A DNA stretch of 124,000 nucleotides from Octopus vulgaris (GCA_951406725.2 OX597825.1:15024001-15148000); one strand, 5' to 3'; shown: positions 84,589-99,047, numbered from the stretch's first letter. Notes: a model not told the origin generated them from the letters alone. Translations and numbers: made by a program.

Positions 84589-84900
84589 GCGAGAATGAAG
84601 CAACAAGAATGGATAGGTTTTTAGTACAATCGTTTCATACAAGGACAGGTTTATTAAAAGTTGCAAAAATTACAGCATATAAACGTGTCCCGTACTCATC
84701 AGCTAAAATACATGTGAGTTCTCTAGACATCCTAGTGGTTGAGCCTCAACCACTAGGATGTCTAGAGAACTCACATGTATTTTAGCTGATGAGTACGGGA
84801 CACGTTTATATGCTGTAATTTTTGCAACTTTTAATAAAACCTGTCCTTGTATGAAACGATTGTACTAAAAACCTATCCATTCTTGTTGCTTCATTCTCGC
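84589..84900. repeat. near-perfect 312-bp palindrome (1-nt spacer at 84744)
   Basis: Arms of ~155 bp are reverse-complementary; centre ggttgag-c-ctcaacc. Confidence 0.95.
84780..84870 (+). ncRNA. type-I minimal hammerhead ribozyme motif (mirrored on the - strand at ~84619-84709)
   Basis: UUUUAG-CUGAUGA-GUACGGGACA...UGUCCUUGUAU-GAAA-C-GAUU-GUA-CUAAAA: 6-bp helix I, ~10-bp helix II, intact core. Confidence 0.78.
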
Positions 84901-85263
84901 GTATATATATATACATATATGTGTGTGTATATATGTGCGTATGCATATATATGTTACATACATATATGTGTAAGTACATGTAGAAATGAGTGTGTATGTA
85001 TATTAATGCTTCTTTATGGAAATGTGCTGTATAAATCTACATATGAATAGGGAAGGATGTATATAGACATCCACAAGGAGAAAAGAGCAAAAAGGAAATC
85101 AGTCCATATTTACCATTCATTTACAATAACAATATTTAAATATCGTAAATTTTATCTCAGTTATTTAATTATTGTTATACTACTTCATATCCACTTATTC
85201 TTCATTGAATTTCGTTTTGATTTTAAAAGTATTATTGTTTTTTATCGTTGTTGTGCATAATGA

Positions 85264-85299
<36 letters not shown>

Positions 85300-85928
85300 A
85301 TTATTATTATTATTATTATTATTGTACATAGTGTTATCCCTTTTTTCTTCTCATCGTAAAACGCCTTACAACTTCGTTTATTTTCTTAGTACAGCTGTCA
85401 TTTTAAATAAATTCAAGATCGATACTGGAATCGCAGCATGACTACTATGATAAATAATATGAAAAAACAAAATTGAATACATTAAACAAAAGAAAGACGA
85501 CTTCAAGATCGAACTGCAATAGAAATAAATAGATTTGTAATTCAACTCGGCTACAGATCGAACGGAAAGAAAAATAAATTGTATATAATAGGTCACATGG
85601 AGTAACTTTAGCAGAGTTATATATTGAAGCTTTTCTACATCGAACCATCTCTCCATAGATAAAAACGTTACTACATATGGAGTCTGAAGCATATTTGCTT
85701 AAATACAAGTTGAATTAATTATACGCATTTGTATATAAATATTTATATATGTATAACAGTCTGTATTGATATGTATGTGTGTATATTGACAGGTAAACAG
85801 AAAGAGAAAGAGAAAATGACAGATAGATAGATAGATACATAGAATTTACCTATGCGCGTGTCATACACATACATATACATATATATATGCACTCATGCAT
85901 GCATGCATATGTAAGTGCATGTATGGGT

Positions 85929-86008
<80 letters not shown>

Positions 86009-86031
86009 GTATATATATGTATATGTATATA

Positions 86032-86096
<65 letters not shown>

Positions 86097-86274
86097 ACCG
86101 GAATAAAAACATAAATGTGAAACAAGGTGGAAAAAAGAGTACTCAAATACCAGTACATATCGGTTCCATTCTAGCAAAAACTGTCCGATGAACGGCAACG
86201 GGAAACTCAGAGTAACATGTTTTGTTGAATTTTCTGCTGCTTTAAATAAAGTATATATATATATATATATATAT

Positions 86275-86308
<34 letters not shown>

Positions 86309-87719
86309 ATGCTTGTGTGCCTATTAGGTGCACTTGTTGCTAGTGTATATAACAGGGTTTTTCACTTTATATTACCAAAACTGAGGCCAAGCCTGTGCAA
86401 AACTCAAGGAAACGTTTTCTATATGAGCTTCATATACCAATCTCATGATGCTATTACCACAGGCGTTCCGACTCACACCGGCTGTTGCACATCCTGAGCC
86501 GCAGCAGCTGTTTCTTGGATTGGGATTTCCTAAATTATCCTTGGGATCTGGTCATGCGTTTCGTACTTTCGGATATTGTGCCATCTATAGGGTGGAATTT
86601 AGACAGAGATACGGTTTGTATGTTTGTATGGAATTGTTATGAGAAGCCTCGCACAGTTCTTGTATTGTTTACTCGCCTCATTTCTAGCAGTGGGTTTTCC
86701 ACAGCTAAGCCAAGACCACTGCAAGCCCTTCCATGCTACAGAACTGTATATTCGTATTTTTTTCACTGCTCCTCTGAAATTAATCCAATAGCAGGGATAT
86801 GTACATAGTAGACTTCTAAACTGATGGCTGGCTTCACATTTTTCTTCTCGCTATATCTTGCAAGGCATTGTGATTTTACCAGTGTTTAAGCTATGCCAAG
86901 AAAATATATTTTGCCATCTACAATTCTGACAGAATATGATGCAGTGCTGCAGGATATGAGCGACTGCAATATAGTCAGTATTTGCTCGAGGAAAAGTAAT
87001 AAGAGCGAACGAAGCAACTATAGTAGGAAATTGCAAAAAAAAAAGGGGGAAAAGTTGTTCTCTGAACGTCAGTAATCTATGAAAATACTTACCACAACAG
87101 GCATGTATTTTTCCTATCCACAACAAAAATAAAAATGCAGGGAGCAAAGACAACAACCATTCATCATAATATGAGAAAAACGACAGATGTGATAACATCA
87201 TATGTAAATATATCTTGTAGTAGGCAAAGTAGCCATTTCCAATTTAGTACATTACATTTGCCAGTCGGAAAATCAACATCAACAATGTTCGTGAGACGAA
87301 ACCAGTGCGTTAACTGCTTTATACAAGATGCTTTTCATATATTGTCCCAACTGTTGTTTTATTTTGCTATAGTTTTCCTAATTCTATCACGAGAAGGAAT
87401 TGTTTTTGTGATGTTTGGGATAAGAGATTTACTGAATTACCAAGCATGTTTCTTTCTTGTTTTGTTTTGTTTTGGTTGTTTGTTTTTATCAATATCAGAA
87501 CGTTATTCCATTTATCTATTTAGAGACATGAGACTTGAATAAATCTCTTTGAAGAAATGTATAACTTTATGGCTAATATGATTTGAAAAATAAAAGTCAT
87601 GTTTGCAACTATTATCGAATTGTTTACCACTTTTTCACAAAAGAAGAAAAAAAACATTCCTGACAACAACAGGCATACAAGATATTTATCAACAAGCTGT
87701 TATACGTGAAAGAGAAAAA

Positions 87720-88500
87720 AGTAGAGATAAACAGATAGACAGACGCATAGTAAGACAGAGAGAGACAGAGAGACATAAAGACAGATGGACAGACGTATAG
87801 AAAGACAGAGAGAGACATAGAGACAGAAAGACAGATAGACAGACGCATAGAAAGACAGAGAGAGACAGAGAGACAGAAAGACAGATGGACAGACGTATAG
87901 AAAGACAGAGAGAGACAGAGAGAAAGAAAGACAGCTAGACAGACGTATAGAAAGACAGAGAGAGACAGAGAGACAGAAAGACAGATAGACAGACGCATAG
88001 AAAGACAGAGAGACAGAAAGACAGATGGACAGACGTATAGAAAGACAGAGAGAGACAGAGAGAAAGAAAGACAGCTAGACAGACGTATAGAAAGACAGAG
88101 AGAGACAGAGAGACAGAAAGACAGATAGACAGACGCATAGAAAGACAGAGACAGACAGAGAGACAGAAAGACAGATAGACAGACGCATAGAAAGACAGAG
88201 AGACAGAAAGACAGATGGACGGACGTATAGAAAGACAGAGACGGAGAGAGAGACAGAAAGACAGATAGACAGACGTATAGAAAGACAGAGAGACAGAAAG
88301 ACAGATATACAGACGTATAGAAAGACAGGGAGATACAGAGAGACAGAAAGACAGATGGACGGACGTATAGAAAGACAGAGAGACAGAAAGATAGATTGAC
88401 AGACGCATAGAAAGACAGAGACAGACAGAAAGACAGAAGGACAGACGTATAGAAAGACAGAGAGAGACAGAGAGACGAGACAGAAGCACAGATACACAGA
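87720..88500. repeat. purine-rich minisatellite, ~16 units of 40-50 bp
   Basis: Recurring gacagacg(c/t)atagaaagacagag...acagaaagacagat. Confidence 0.9.
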
Positions 88501-88870
88501 CGATATTAAAAAAATTCTTATTCAAACGATATTTCTTCAATAAAACAGTCATACCGATCTCTTTCAAAGATCAATGTTTGGCTAACTTCGTACATGTGAC
88601 TCATCACAATATGGTTTCAAAGTCATTACATTTCTCAGACATGAATTTACCAAATTGTATCAAGACATATTAGTTTTTACCGAATTTGAAATTTCGTAAA
88701 AAGCAATATTAATAAAAATGGTAAAGTTATTATTTTTCTGCTCTTCATATTTTCAAAAGTAGCTCCTGCATTGCTCATTTCTCCTCACTCTTTATCTCTC
88801 TCTCTTTCTTTCTCTCTTTATCTGCCCCCTCCCTCTCATTCGTTCTTCTCTATATATACATACATATACA

Positions 88871-88924
<54 letters not shown>

Positions 88925-88937
<13 letters not shown>

Positions 88938-89116
88938 TAGAGACAAAACCACTATTAGGCAAATCATACAATGAAAAGCTTAAGCCAATACATAAGATTA
89001 TTTAATTTATATTATTCAAATATATAACAAAATTATTAAAAAATATAATTAATATAACACTACGATCGTTTCATGGCGGTTAATTTCTTTAAATTTTCGA
89101 GTTACAGTCATTCATC
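88925..89116 (-). mobile_element. Penelope-like fragment with a 5'-clipped hammerhead motif
   Basis: Minus strand (at)GAUGA-AUG...CAU-GAAAC-GAUC-GUA; flanked by (TA)n. Confidence 0.6.
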
Positions 89117-89174
89117 ATATATATATATACACACACGATTTAACTTATACTTATTTGTCCAAATTATTTATTAC

Positions 89175-89326
<152 letters not shown>

Positions 89327-89339
89327 TAGATAGATAGAC

Positions 89340-89425
<86 letters not shown>

Positions 89426-89449
89426 GGAGATAATATGAGGGGTTTTGTT

Positions 89450-89720
89450 CTCTGGTGATCTAAACGAATAGGTAAGATGAGTAAGTGCGATAATAGATTA
89501 TCCGTTAGGTTCTATGTTCACAGCTGAAATCCATGGGTTATAAACTGTGAATTTCCCAGTCCAGAACTTTCCTACATACCCACATTGCCTCTGATGACGG
89601 AATACCCAAAGTACGGACATGCTAATCTATCATTTAGGACATTGAAGCAACAGCTGTAAGAATTCAAATTCACCTTATTTAATTATATAGTCTAAATGAC
89701 TTGCGATACCCGTCCTGCCT
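89450..89720 (+). mobile_element. Penelope-like terminal fragment with degenerate hammerhead
   Basis: CTGATGA at ~89592, then gcaac-agct-gta (GAAAC mutated). Confidence 0.5.
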
Positions 89721-90105
89721 TGGTTCTTTTTTTTTATTTTTACCGTAATATTATATATATATATATATGCAGAATTTTGGTTAGTTGAAATATGTTTGTG
89801 ACATATTTCAACTGTTAAAGCCAATTACACTGGAGTAACTATGGGGGGAAAAAAATCTTATGATAAAAGTTTGAGAAAACAGTCAATTTGTTCAGTGTTG
89901 CCATGTCTTAGAAACATGAGACATCGATACTTCGAGTTGTTTTACTTTTGTCAATGAGATGTACCTAAGTGCGCTAACATCTCGTATATACCATATAAGA
90001 TATTAATGTATATATACGTATGTGTGTGTCTGTGTTAGTGTGTGTGTGTGCATGCATTTGTGTATAAGTGTGTGTATATATATATATATATATGTCTGTG
90101 TGTGT

Positions 90106-90173
<68 letters not shown>

Positions 90174-91605
90174 CACGTCCTGCTCTTCTTTTGCAAGAAA
90201 TTTACTCATATATTGCACCTTTGAACTCATACAAATTTTCTAGCATAAATCTTTGTTTAGTTGATTTTTTTTTCTTTTCCTATTTAGAAATAGCAAAATT
90301 TATGTTTTGTATATTTTGTATAAAAGGTTCTCTTTTTGTAAACGGTGTAAAATACATTAAGAATTAATTGACTTTAAGAAGAACGATTTTAGATAGCTTC
90401 AGAGTTATTTGTGTTTACTAATGTATTGCTTTTTGGCACTCACGTTTCTCTTCAGTTCAGATGAATATGATCGAAATATCTTTATTAGCAACAAACATTA
90501 TATAACATCATGTCCAGCATACTCCTTCATCAACTTCAATATGACGGCAAATTATTAACGTTTCGAAATCACTGCGACTTTCTATATCGATGCTAATGTT
90601 GGACGCGTATGTAAAAATAATGGAAATAGCCGTTGTTAATGTTTTATTTGCTACCTTCTTGTGTAGGTTGATTCAGTCTAGATTTTGATCAAAGCTGGTG
90701 AGATTCTCCCCATCTCTTTTTACTCGTAAACTATTCCCATCTCCATTAATTGTAACGCACTGTCTGCTTAACGTCATTCACATTCAATATTGCTAGCTCA
90801 TGTAGACTTGTTCATAGCTTACAGCAGTCAATAACTGGGAAAGATGCCACAATGAAACGTCATACTGAGTTACTTATTGTTTGAAATGCATGAACCATGT
90901 CATTTATTTCAGTTGATGCAATCGCTCATATAATGATTATATTTCCATTTGCTCTTTTTTATCGTTTATGTTTTTTAATGCATTTCTTTATGGAGAGAAT
91001 AGAGTACGCAAATAATTGCAAATATGTGGTACTAAGTATTCAAGTAACAATATACTGCATTCAGTAGTAAAAAAAAAACAAAAACAAAACAAATATATTT
91101 ACAAAGAAAGGAAATAGCTACAAAGCTAACGGACATGATTATCTACATATAATCATTAGACAAAATAACATGAGAAATATTTTTCCATGAATATTATTTT
91201 ACATTATTCATACATCTATCTATCTAGATCGGTGTTTTCATTATTACGTAATATTTGTGTATCTCGTGGTTTACATATTAATATATACACTTCCAATACA
91301 TTTTGTATCTATGCTAAATGGTTGTCTAATCTATATCTATCATTGTATACGTTGGCGATGCAATTGTCATTGTTTAGTTTGTTTTTTTTATTAAGCTTTT
91401 ACCAGGAACGAGGTTAAGATTTCGATTAGATTTGGGGAGCAATTCTATAAATCACTTTATCCGATCTAAATAGGAAAAAACCTAAAAACAAATTACAGTG
91501 GTGACGATGGGTGAGTACAAAGGCGCAATATTTGAGCAAATGTTTTGTAAAAAGAGAAAGCAACAGAATATATATATATATATATACAGAGTGAGAGAGC
91601 GAGAG

Positions 91606-91644
<39 letters not shown>

Positions 91645-91989
91645 CATACGTAATACATACATACACAATTGCAGCGTGGGATTTGTTATATGTCATTTAA
91701 AAACACACAAAAACCGTTAGATTCAATTCAACATTTAAATTTAATTTGCGAAAATATTAGTGTCGCTTTGAGACCGCGAGCTGTTCACTTACAAAATTAA
91801 ATAGACATCCTTATAATCATTACAATTTATTCAAATCTGAAATTATACGTTCAAATTATTCATCAATTGTTATAATGTGAATATTTAGTATTTAGTAGAC
91901 ATGTCCCTTGGATTTTGCAATGCAAGGAGACTATTAGGCAGGTTACTGATCAGATGACGAATATTTTCTTGCAGAATTTCTTGCCAAAT

Positions 91990-92640
91990 TTCATGCAGTA
92001 ATCTCAAAATATCTGGCTTCGAAAATGCTTTCTTGTTCTTTTTGTTAATTATCCTGTCCATTATGTCCTAGAGGTGTTCAATGGGGTTCATATCTAGTGA
92101 CAGGCTTGGTCATGGTAGCCTTTTCATGCCATTCTCATCCACCAAATATTGGGTCTTCTTAGCCATGTGACAAGGAGCCCCACCTTCCTTTAATAAACGG
92201 TTTTCATTAATCCTTTCGTCATTGGAGAAGGTTGAAATTAGTCCTTTCTGCTATAAGGTTTACATATTTATCTGAGTTTCTGTTACCCTCACACTGCACC
92301 AGCTCTAGTCAACCATGGCTTCAAATTGCTTCCCAGACCATCACAGAATTGCTGCCGTGCTTCAGTGTTGGCTGCAACCTTTTCAAATCAAATTCTTAAG
92401 CACGGAGTCTCCAGACACACATTCGATCACTGTCTGGAAATACAGCAAATCTGGACTCTCCAGAGACTATGCCAATGTCCCAAAATGTTACTGGCCTCTC
92501 CACTATGTCACTGGCCCAATCTTTTCTCTACTTGATATTGGCTAGTCGAAGAATTGGCTTCTTTCTTGCTGCTCTGCCATAGTAACCAATTTTGTGCAGA
92601 TAACTAACGGCTTTTCTGGGACTGACATCAACTTGTTCTG
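91990..92640 (-). mobile_element. decayed Tc1-like (DD34E) transposase
   Basis: Minus strand CVWR, SVMVWEAI and W.SLSLDMNPIEHL. Confidence 0.8.
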
Positions 92641-93000
92641 CTATGTCAGATGCCTTTCATCGAGACCTACAATAGGGCCGCTTTCAGATCCGGACAGTTC
92701 GATGGATCCTTTTGTTTATGTCATGATTAAACAGTTGACTAAATGCGGTGCTCCAGCGTGGCCAGAGTCAAATGGCTAAAACTAATACAAGAATAAAAGA
92801 ATATAGAACCTGAAACATCAAAATGTCAATTAATAAATAATATAAACCATTACAAGTTAGAATAAATATAAAACAATGTTTTATAGAGCGTCTATTTCCT
92901 TCTGCCATGTCTGTGTATGTATATGTGTGTATATATATATATATATACAAGTCTGTGTCTGTGTGTGCCTGTGTAGATATGTATGTATTGATATATGTAC

Positions 93001-93315
93001 GTGGGGGCGCAATGGCCTGCGGTTAGGTTGTGAGTTCGAATCCCGGACCTAGCTGCGTATTGTGTTCTTGAGCAAGACGCTATTTCACATTGCTCCGGTT
93101 CACTCAGCTGTAGAAATGATTTGTGACGTCAGAGGTACCAAGTTGTATCGGCCTTTGCCTTTCCTTTGGATACCACTGGTGGCATGGAGAGGGCAGGCTG
93201 GTATACATGGGCGACTGCTTGTCTTCCATAAACAACCTTGCCCGGACTTGTACCTGGGAGGGTAACGTTCTATGTGCAATTCCACGGCCAGTCATGACCG
93301 AAGGGGGTCTCAGCA
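93001..93315 (+). mobile_element. SINE family A
   Basis: Shortened head, CORE-like segment, tail gaccgaagggggtctc. Confidence 0.88.
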
Positions 93316-93330
93316 TATATATATATATAT

Positions 93331-93360
<30 letters not shown>

Positions 93361-93364
<4 letters not shown>

Positions 93365-93608
93365 GACAATAATCCCGAAACTAGTCCGAGCGTATCACTC
93401 AGGCTTGCGAGAAAGGGATAGCCTCCCTTTGCAAATACTTCAAGAGCACTGAAATGGTGTCTAAAGCCAGCTGGAGACGACGATCTCCTGGGGCTATAGA
93501 GCTAGAGTAACACCCCCTCCCCTATGTGGTTAGCCATATTAAGATGGCTTCTATACTTTACATTATCGAGCGATTACTGTTTACATTTCATTCAGAGATT
93601 TAATAATG

Positions 93609-93610
<2 letters not shown>
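93361..93610 (+). mobile_element. Penelope-like fragment between (TA)n tracts
   Basis: Begins with ccgaaactagtc, a hammerhead 3'-half-like motif. Confidence 0.45.
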
Positions 93611-93668
<58 letters not shown>

Positions 93669-94292
93669 TATAGATAGATAGATATATAGATATAGATATA
93701 TAGATATATAGATATATATATATATAGAAGGTTGACGGACTCGTACCAGCAGCAGGCAGCAATATGCTTATACGATCATACAGGAGGACAGGGGATAAGT
93801 ATCGATTGGTATTTCGAAAAGCAGAAAAGAACATTAGATTTACGTATCGTACTCAAAGTAAATGGCTTGTTAAAAGGCAACACTGCTAAAAGTTCCTTGT
93901 TGGCATATTACGAGGGAATCAGCAATCAATAAGTTAGCTCGTTCTCAATGCAATTATCAACATATAAATATTGTTACAAATTGAGGATTAACATTATTTG
94001 CCACCAAGTTTTTTAATGGTGTCGTATAATAATATCTATAGTATATTTTGTCGGTTAATTTTGAGAGTGATGCTTATATTTGATGGAATAAATATCTTTA
94101 GTCTTAAGCATAAAGACGTGCTGCTGTCAACTTTTCGACTATAGGATCTTATGTTAAAGGTTTCAGAAACGTTCTTGTATACTTTTCCTGAGATGCTGTT
94201 ATCATTCCATCCACTTCAAACACACATACATACAAAAATACATTCACATAGATATATATATGTATATATAATATATTATATATATACATATA

Positions 94293-94331
<39 letters not shown>

Positions 94332-95490
94332 TCGCACATGCACATGGTAGTTCACTTCTATGGCAATCTATGGAAGTGGAATCGTTTAAGGGATGCTGGA
94401 AAAGCGTCCAGGAGTAACTGTCTACAATATTTCAGAGAAGTTGAAAAGTTGAAAACACACCATTTCAATGCATTTGCTGGATTCCATTAGTGTCCAAAGT
94501 TAAGCTTTTGAAAGGAGGCAGTTATTGACAGTTATAGTATATCTTAATATGTCACATGAAAATATTTAGACATAAATATAAATCCGCACACTTTTATTAG
94601 GAGTAATGTTAATAGCAGGAAAATATTTGTGAGTGAATGCGTGTCATAGTCTTTGACTGTGTTTGCGTATATGTAGGCGTGTTTAAGTGCGTACATTTTT
94701 AAATGTGTATCTGTAAATATTTCTGTTTGTGTGTTTCTGTACATATTTGCTTGTGTGATACTGTGTATGTGTGCCTGTACGTAAATTTCTATCACACAGA
94801 CATATACTTACACACACATACAAACAAACACATACATATATATTCTTAAGTATATACTATATTTTTTTTATCTCAATTTATATCCAGTTTCGATTGAAGA
94901 TACGGATTTAAACTGAGAGCTTTCGTTGTATTTTAGCTTTAATATTTTAGGCTTCTTAAGATATCTGTGTGTAAAAAATGCCACTTCACTTTGTCCATAT
95001 TTTATCTATGATTGTTACAAAATCCTCTTAGCCATTACACTTCGGTGTCTAAAGTAAATACTTAAATCTTTCTCTAGCAATTTATCTCTTACATAACAGA
95101 TTGCATATAGATTCTATATCTCATTATTAGATTCTATATCTTATAAATAATTTGGTTGTTATCTTTAATAATTTTATCCTTCCATTACAACTGATCTCCT
95201 ATACCCTAAACCATATGGCCAATGGTGCCTCTCGACCGCACTGATTTAAACTGAATGTGATAGATACCTAGAAAGAGAAAAGAGATAAGAGAGGGACATA
95301 TATTGTGACATATAGTGTGAGAGTGAGAGAAACAGAGATGGTCGTAATACAAGTATATACAAAGTGTGATTACATTCAGCAATAATACAAAAGCAATCGT
95401 TGGAGATATGATTCATTGCATGGCTTGATAAGGTTAACCTTTTTAAATCAATTGACGCAAAAGGAAACAAACGTTATATTGTACTAACTA

Positions 95491-96190
95491 GTACTAACTA
95501 TTTTCATTTTTATGTACTTTGTACATCAGATATAAACTGCAGTAATAATAAACATTTGGTCAATAATATGAGCCCCTATTTCGAATAATTTGTTATGCTT
95601 CCCACGTTATTGTGTTTCTGGAGGTTATTCCCTTTAAAGGGGTGAACGTGTGATTCAGTGCTTTAGCCACAAAATATATTTTATAATCAGAGCCGAGATC
95701 AAAGCATCACGACAAAGCAAGGAAGAGATCAGCTGATTGACACTAGTTCGAGTTACTTTATTCTCTTTCTACATCTATAGGAATACTGTGTAACTCTACC
95801 GAAAGAAAGTGAACTCTCGCTCTTCTGGATAGTATATATAGTACTAACTATTTTCATTTTCATGTACTTTGTATATGAGATATAAACCGAAGTAATAATA
95901 AAAATTTGATCCATAATATGAGCCCCTAATTCGAATAATTTATGATGCTTCCCACGTTATTGTTCTTCTGGACGTTATTCCCTTTAATGGAGTGAAAGTG
96001 TGATTCAGTGCTTTGGTCACAAAATATGGATATAACCAGAGCCGTGATCAAAGCGCGACTACAAACTAAGGGAGAGATCAGGTGATTGACACCAGTCCGA
96101 ATTAGTTACTTCTCTGTCTACATCTATAGGTATACTGTGTAACTCTACCGAAAGAAATTGAACCCTCGATTTTCTGGATAGTATATATAT
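95491..96190. repeat. diverged tandem duplication, period 350 bp
   Basis: gtactaactattttcatttt at 95491 and 95841; collinear with scattered substitutions. Confidence 0.92.
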
Positions 96191-97320
96191 ATATTTATAG
96201 CATATGCAACAATCCCATAACTTATATCTAGGATGCATATTTTGAGAGGTTCGCCAAGGTCAACAATTCTTGTAGGGGAATAAGTAATGAATTTTATTAT
96301 ATTAGATTTTTACTTTTAGTTTAATAGACGTTACTCACATTTTATTTCTCTATTCAGGATATTTCTATTCAATTCGTGCTACTCTATTATTTCTGATTAT
96401 GACTCCATCAGTGAAAAGAAAATTATTTGTATATATATGTGTGTATATATATTTCAATGGAAATTACAAAGAATGTTATTCTTGCATTGCATTTGTATGG
96501 AACTGTTCTTCAATAAATAGCATCCCAACGATAAAGCAACAAATGTTTTTTTTTGTTTTTTTGCTTTTTTGCATTTGCTGTATACTTTATTCATATTTTT
96601 CAAATATATTGCGAGATTTCACTTCTTATCAAAATATGCCTCTTAGTATTGTTGTGGATATTTTCTTTTATATTCTTTACTGCTTTTTTTCATTATTATC
96701 ATTATTATTATTTCCTTTCGCTTCAAATATTTGTATGGGTATTTCAAATTTTCCTCTCAGAATGGCAGAAACTAAATTGTGACTTGAAATAAGTGTTTTT
96801 ATATAATATAAAATTTATCAGAATATGTGTTTCTCAGATCCAGTGAGAGGTAGCTTCAGTGCAGTAGTTCTGTCATGTGACAAAATAAAAAGAAATGTAA
96901 TATTTCAACGTACAAATCAGAGAGTAAATATAGGATGTTAAAAAAGGCTCCGTCAATAATGCACGTAATGGAATGGAAAAAGAAGAGCAATATTTGTCAA
97001 ACTGGTGATGCTATCTAGCTATAATATTATATGTATAATGAAAAGAAAATGTGAGACCAGCACGATTTCTTCTCTAGAAATATGATGAAATATTCATTCC
97101 CATTATACACTCAAACTCGTTTGATTTTTTTTTCTTAAAGGTATCTATGATCTAATATCTATCTGCACCGTAATATTCCTTAGATATTTCCCCTTATCTC
97201 ACTCGCTATTCCTCAAAATTCCTCTCGTATCAGTCTTTGTTTACGCTTGTTCATATATTTTCAGTAAAATTTTACAGTAATAAATTAACCGTTAATTGCA
97301 TTAATTTAATAAACTACACA

Positions 97321-97732
97321 TAGGCGCAGGAGTGGCTGTGTGGTAAGTAGCTTGCTAACCAACCACATGGTTCCGGGTTCAGTCCCACTGCGTGGCATCT
97401 TGGGCAAGTGTGTTCTGCTATAGCCCCGGGCCGACCAATGCCTTGTGAGTGGATTTGGTAGACGGAAACTGAAAGAAGCCTGTCGTATATATGTATATAT
97501 ATATGTATGTGTGTGTGTTTGTGTGTCTGTGTTTGTCCCCCTAACATTGCTTGACAACTGATGCTGGTGTGTTTACGTCCCCGTCACTTAGCGGTTCGGC
97601 AAAAACATACCGATAGAATAAGCACTGGGCTTACAAACAAATAATAAGTCCCGGGGTCGAGTTGCTCGACTAAAGGCGGTGCTCCAGCATGGCCGCAGTC
97701 AAATGACTGAAACAAGTAAAAGAGTAAAGAGT
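97321..97732 (+). mobile_element. SINE family C, full length
   Basis: aggcgcaggagtggctgtgtggtaagtagc...gagtaaagag. Confidence 0.92.
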
Positions 97733-98019
97733 ATATCAGACAATATAAACAAAAATGAAACGTAAAATCTAGTGAGTAAATGTCTAAACATTAGGTCAAC
97801 GAGGTAAGAATACCGCCAAATGTATTTTGCATCATGGTTCACTGTCTCGAAGAAAAAACAAATATTGAATATTATAGGTATTGATATTGAATGAGATGAG
97901 AAGACTTTAATCATATGCTTATGATGCAAACACTGGCATATAGCTAAACAATTACTACATCATCGCTGAGTCATGGTTTGGGTTCATTTTATCTTTAATT
98001 GAGAGTGGCTTCAAGTGTT

Positions 98020-98215
98020 GGCACCAAGCCAGCAGTTTGGGAGGAGGGGTAAGTAGGTTACATCGACACCATTTCTCAACTGGTACTTAACTTCTCGACG
98101 CCGAAAGGAAGAAAGACAAAACCGACCTCAGCAGTATTTGAACTCAGAAAGTAAAGACGGATGAAATGCCGCTAAGTAATGTGCCCGGCGTGCTAACGAT
98201 TCTGCGAGATGTCGC
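98020..98215 (-). mobile_element. diverged SINE family B
   Basis: ccgaaaggaagaaagacaaaaccgacctc...cccggcgtgctaacgattctgc. Confidence 0.75.
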
Positions 98216-98985
98216 CTTCAGAGTTCGAACGCTGAAAATAGGCTAATGGTACAGTCGAATAACATTCCATGTTGTAAAGTATTGCAACGTTTATCAGTCT
98301 ATGAGATCTACCAAATTACAGCTTTATTAACTATGATAGTCAATTATTAATCTATCCCAAGATAACAGCATCATAACGAAGAAAAACAAACTACCAAATC
98401 TTCGTATAATTAATAAATATACCATATTAATAAACATATCACTCGGCTCGTGATGTCACGGCACTGGCATGACTATACTCCCCAGATAACTGTACGACCT
98501 AATCAATCAAGCTCATTTCTCACTAAAATCATGATATTCGGTTTCATTTTACATATTTAAAAATGAATAGTTGTGGCTTCGATGCTTTCGCATGTTCTCT
98601 TATTGCAACTGGTCATTAATCAAATGATATTTGCGGCTCAACGAAGTTTAGTATTATTAATTATTAGAAACTTGATTTTAATTCCAACGTAATATCTAAT
98701 ATTCTATGCTGTTTTCATGAAAATCACGTACTTTATTCTTTGTAATATGCTTGAATACTCTTATAATTTGGCCGTTTCCAACATCCAAACATTTTAAGCA
98801 AAGATAGGTTTAGCCAAAGGAGAATCATAAACGGCTTCCTTACCCAAAATATTGTTTAGGTAACAAAAACAAAATATACGTTATATAGATAGATAGAGAG
98901 ATAGATAGACAGATATATAGATAATACACATATAGATACATTCATATGTATGCATGCATATATACATAGATATACATACATTCTG

Positions 98986-99047
<62 letters not shown>

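Noticed and set aside
86330-87200. Moderately GC-rich stretch resembling a piggyBac C-terminus
   Set aside because: I could not read a catalytic or Cys-rich motif with confidence, and I saw no TTAA/TIR.
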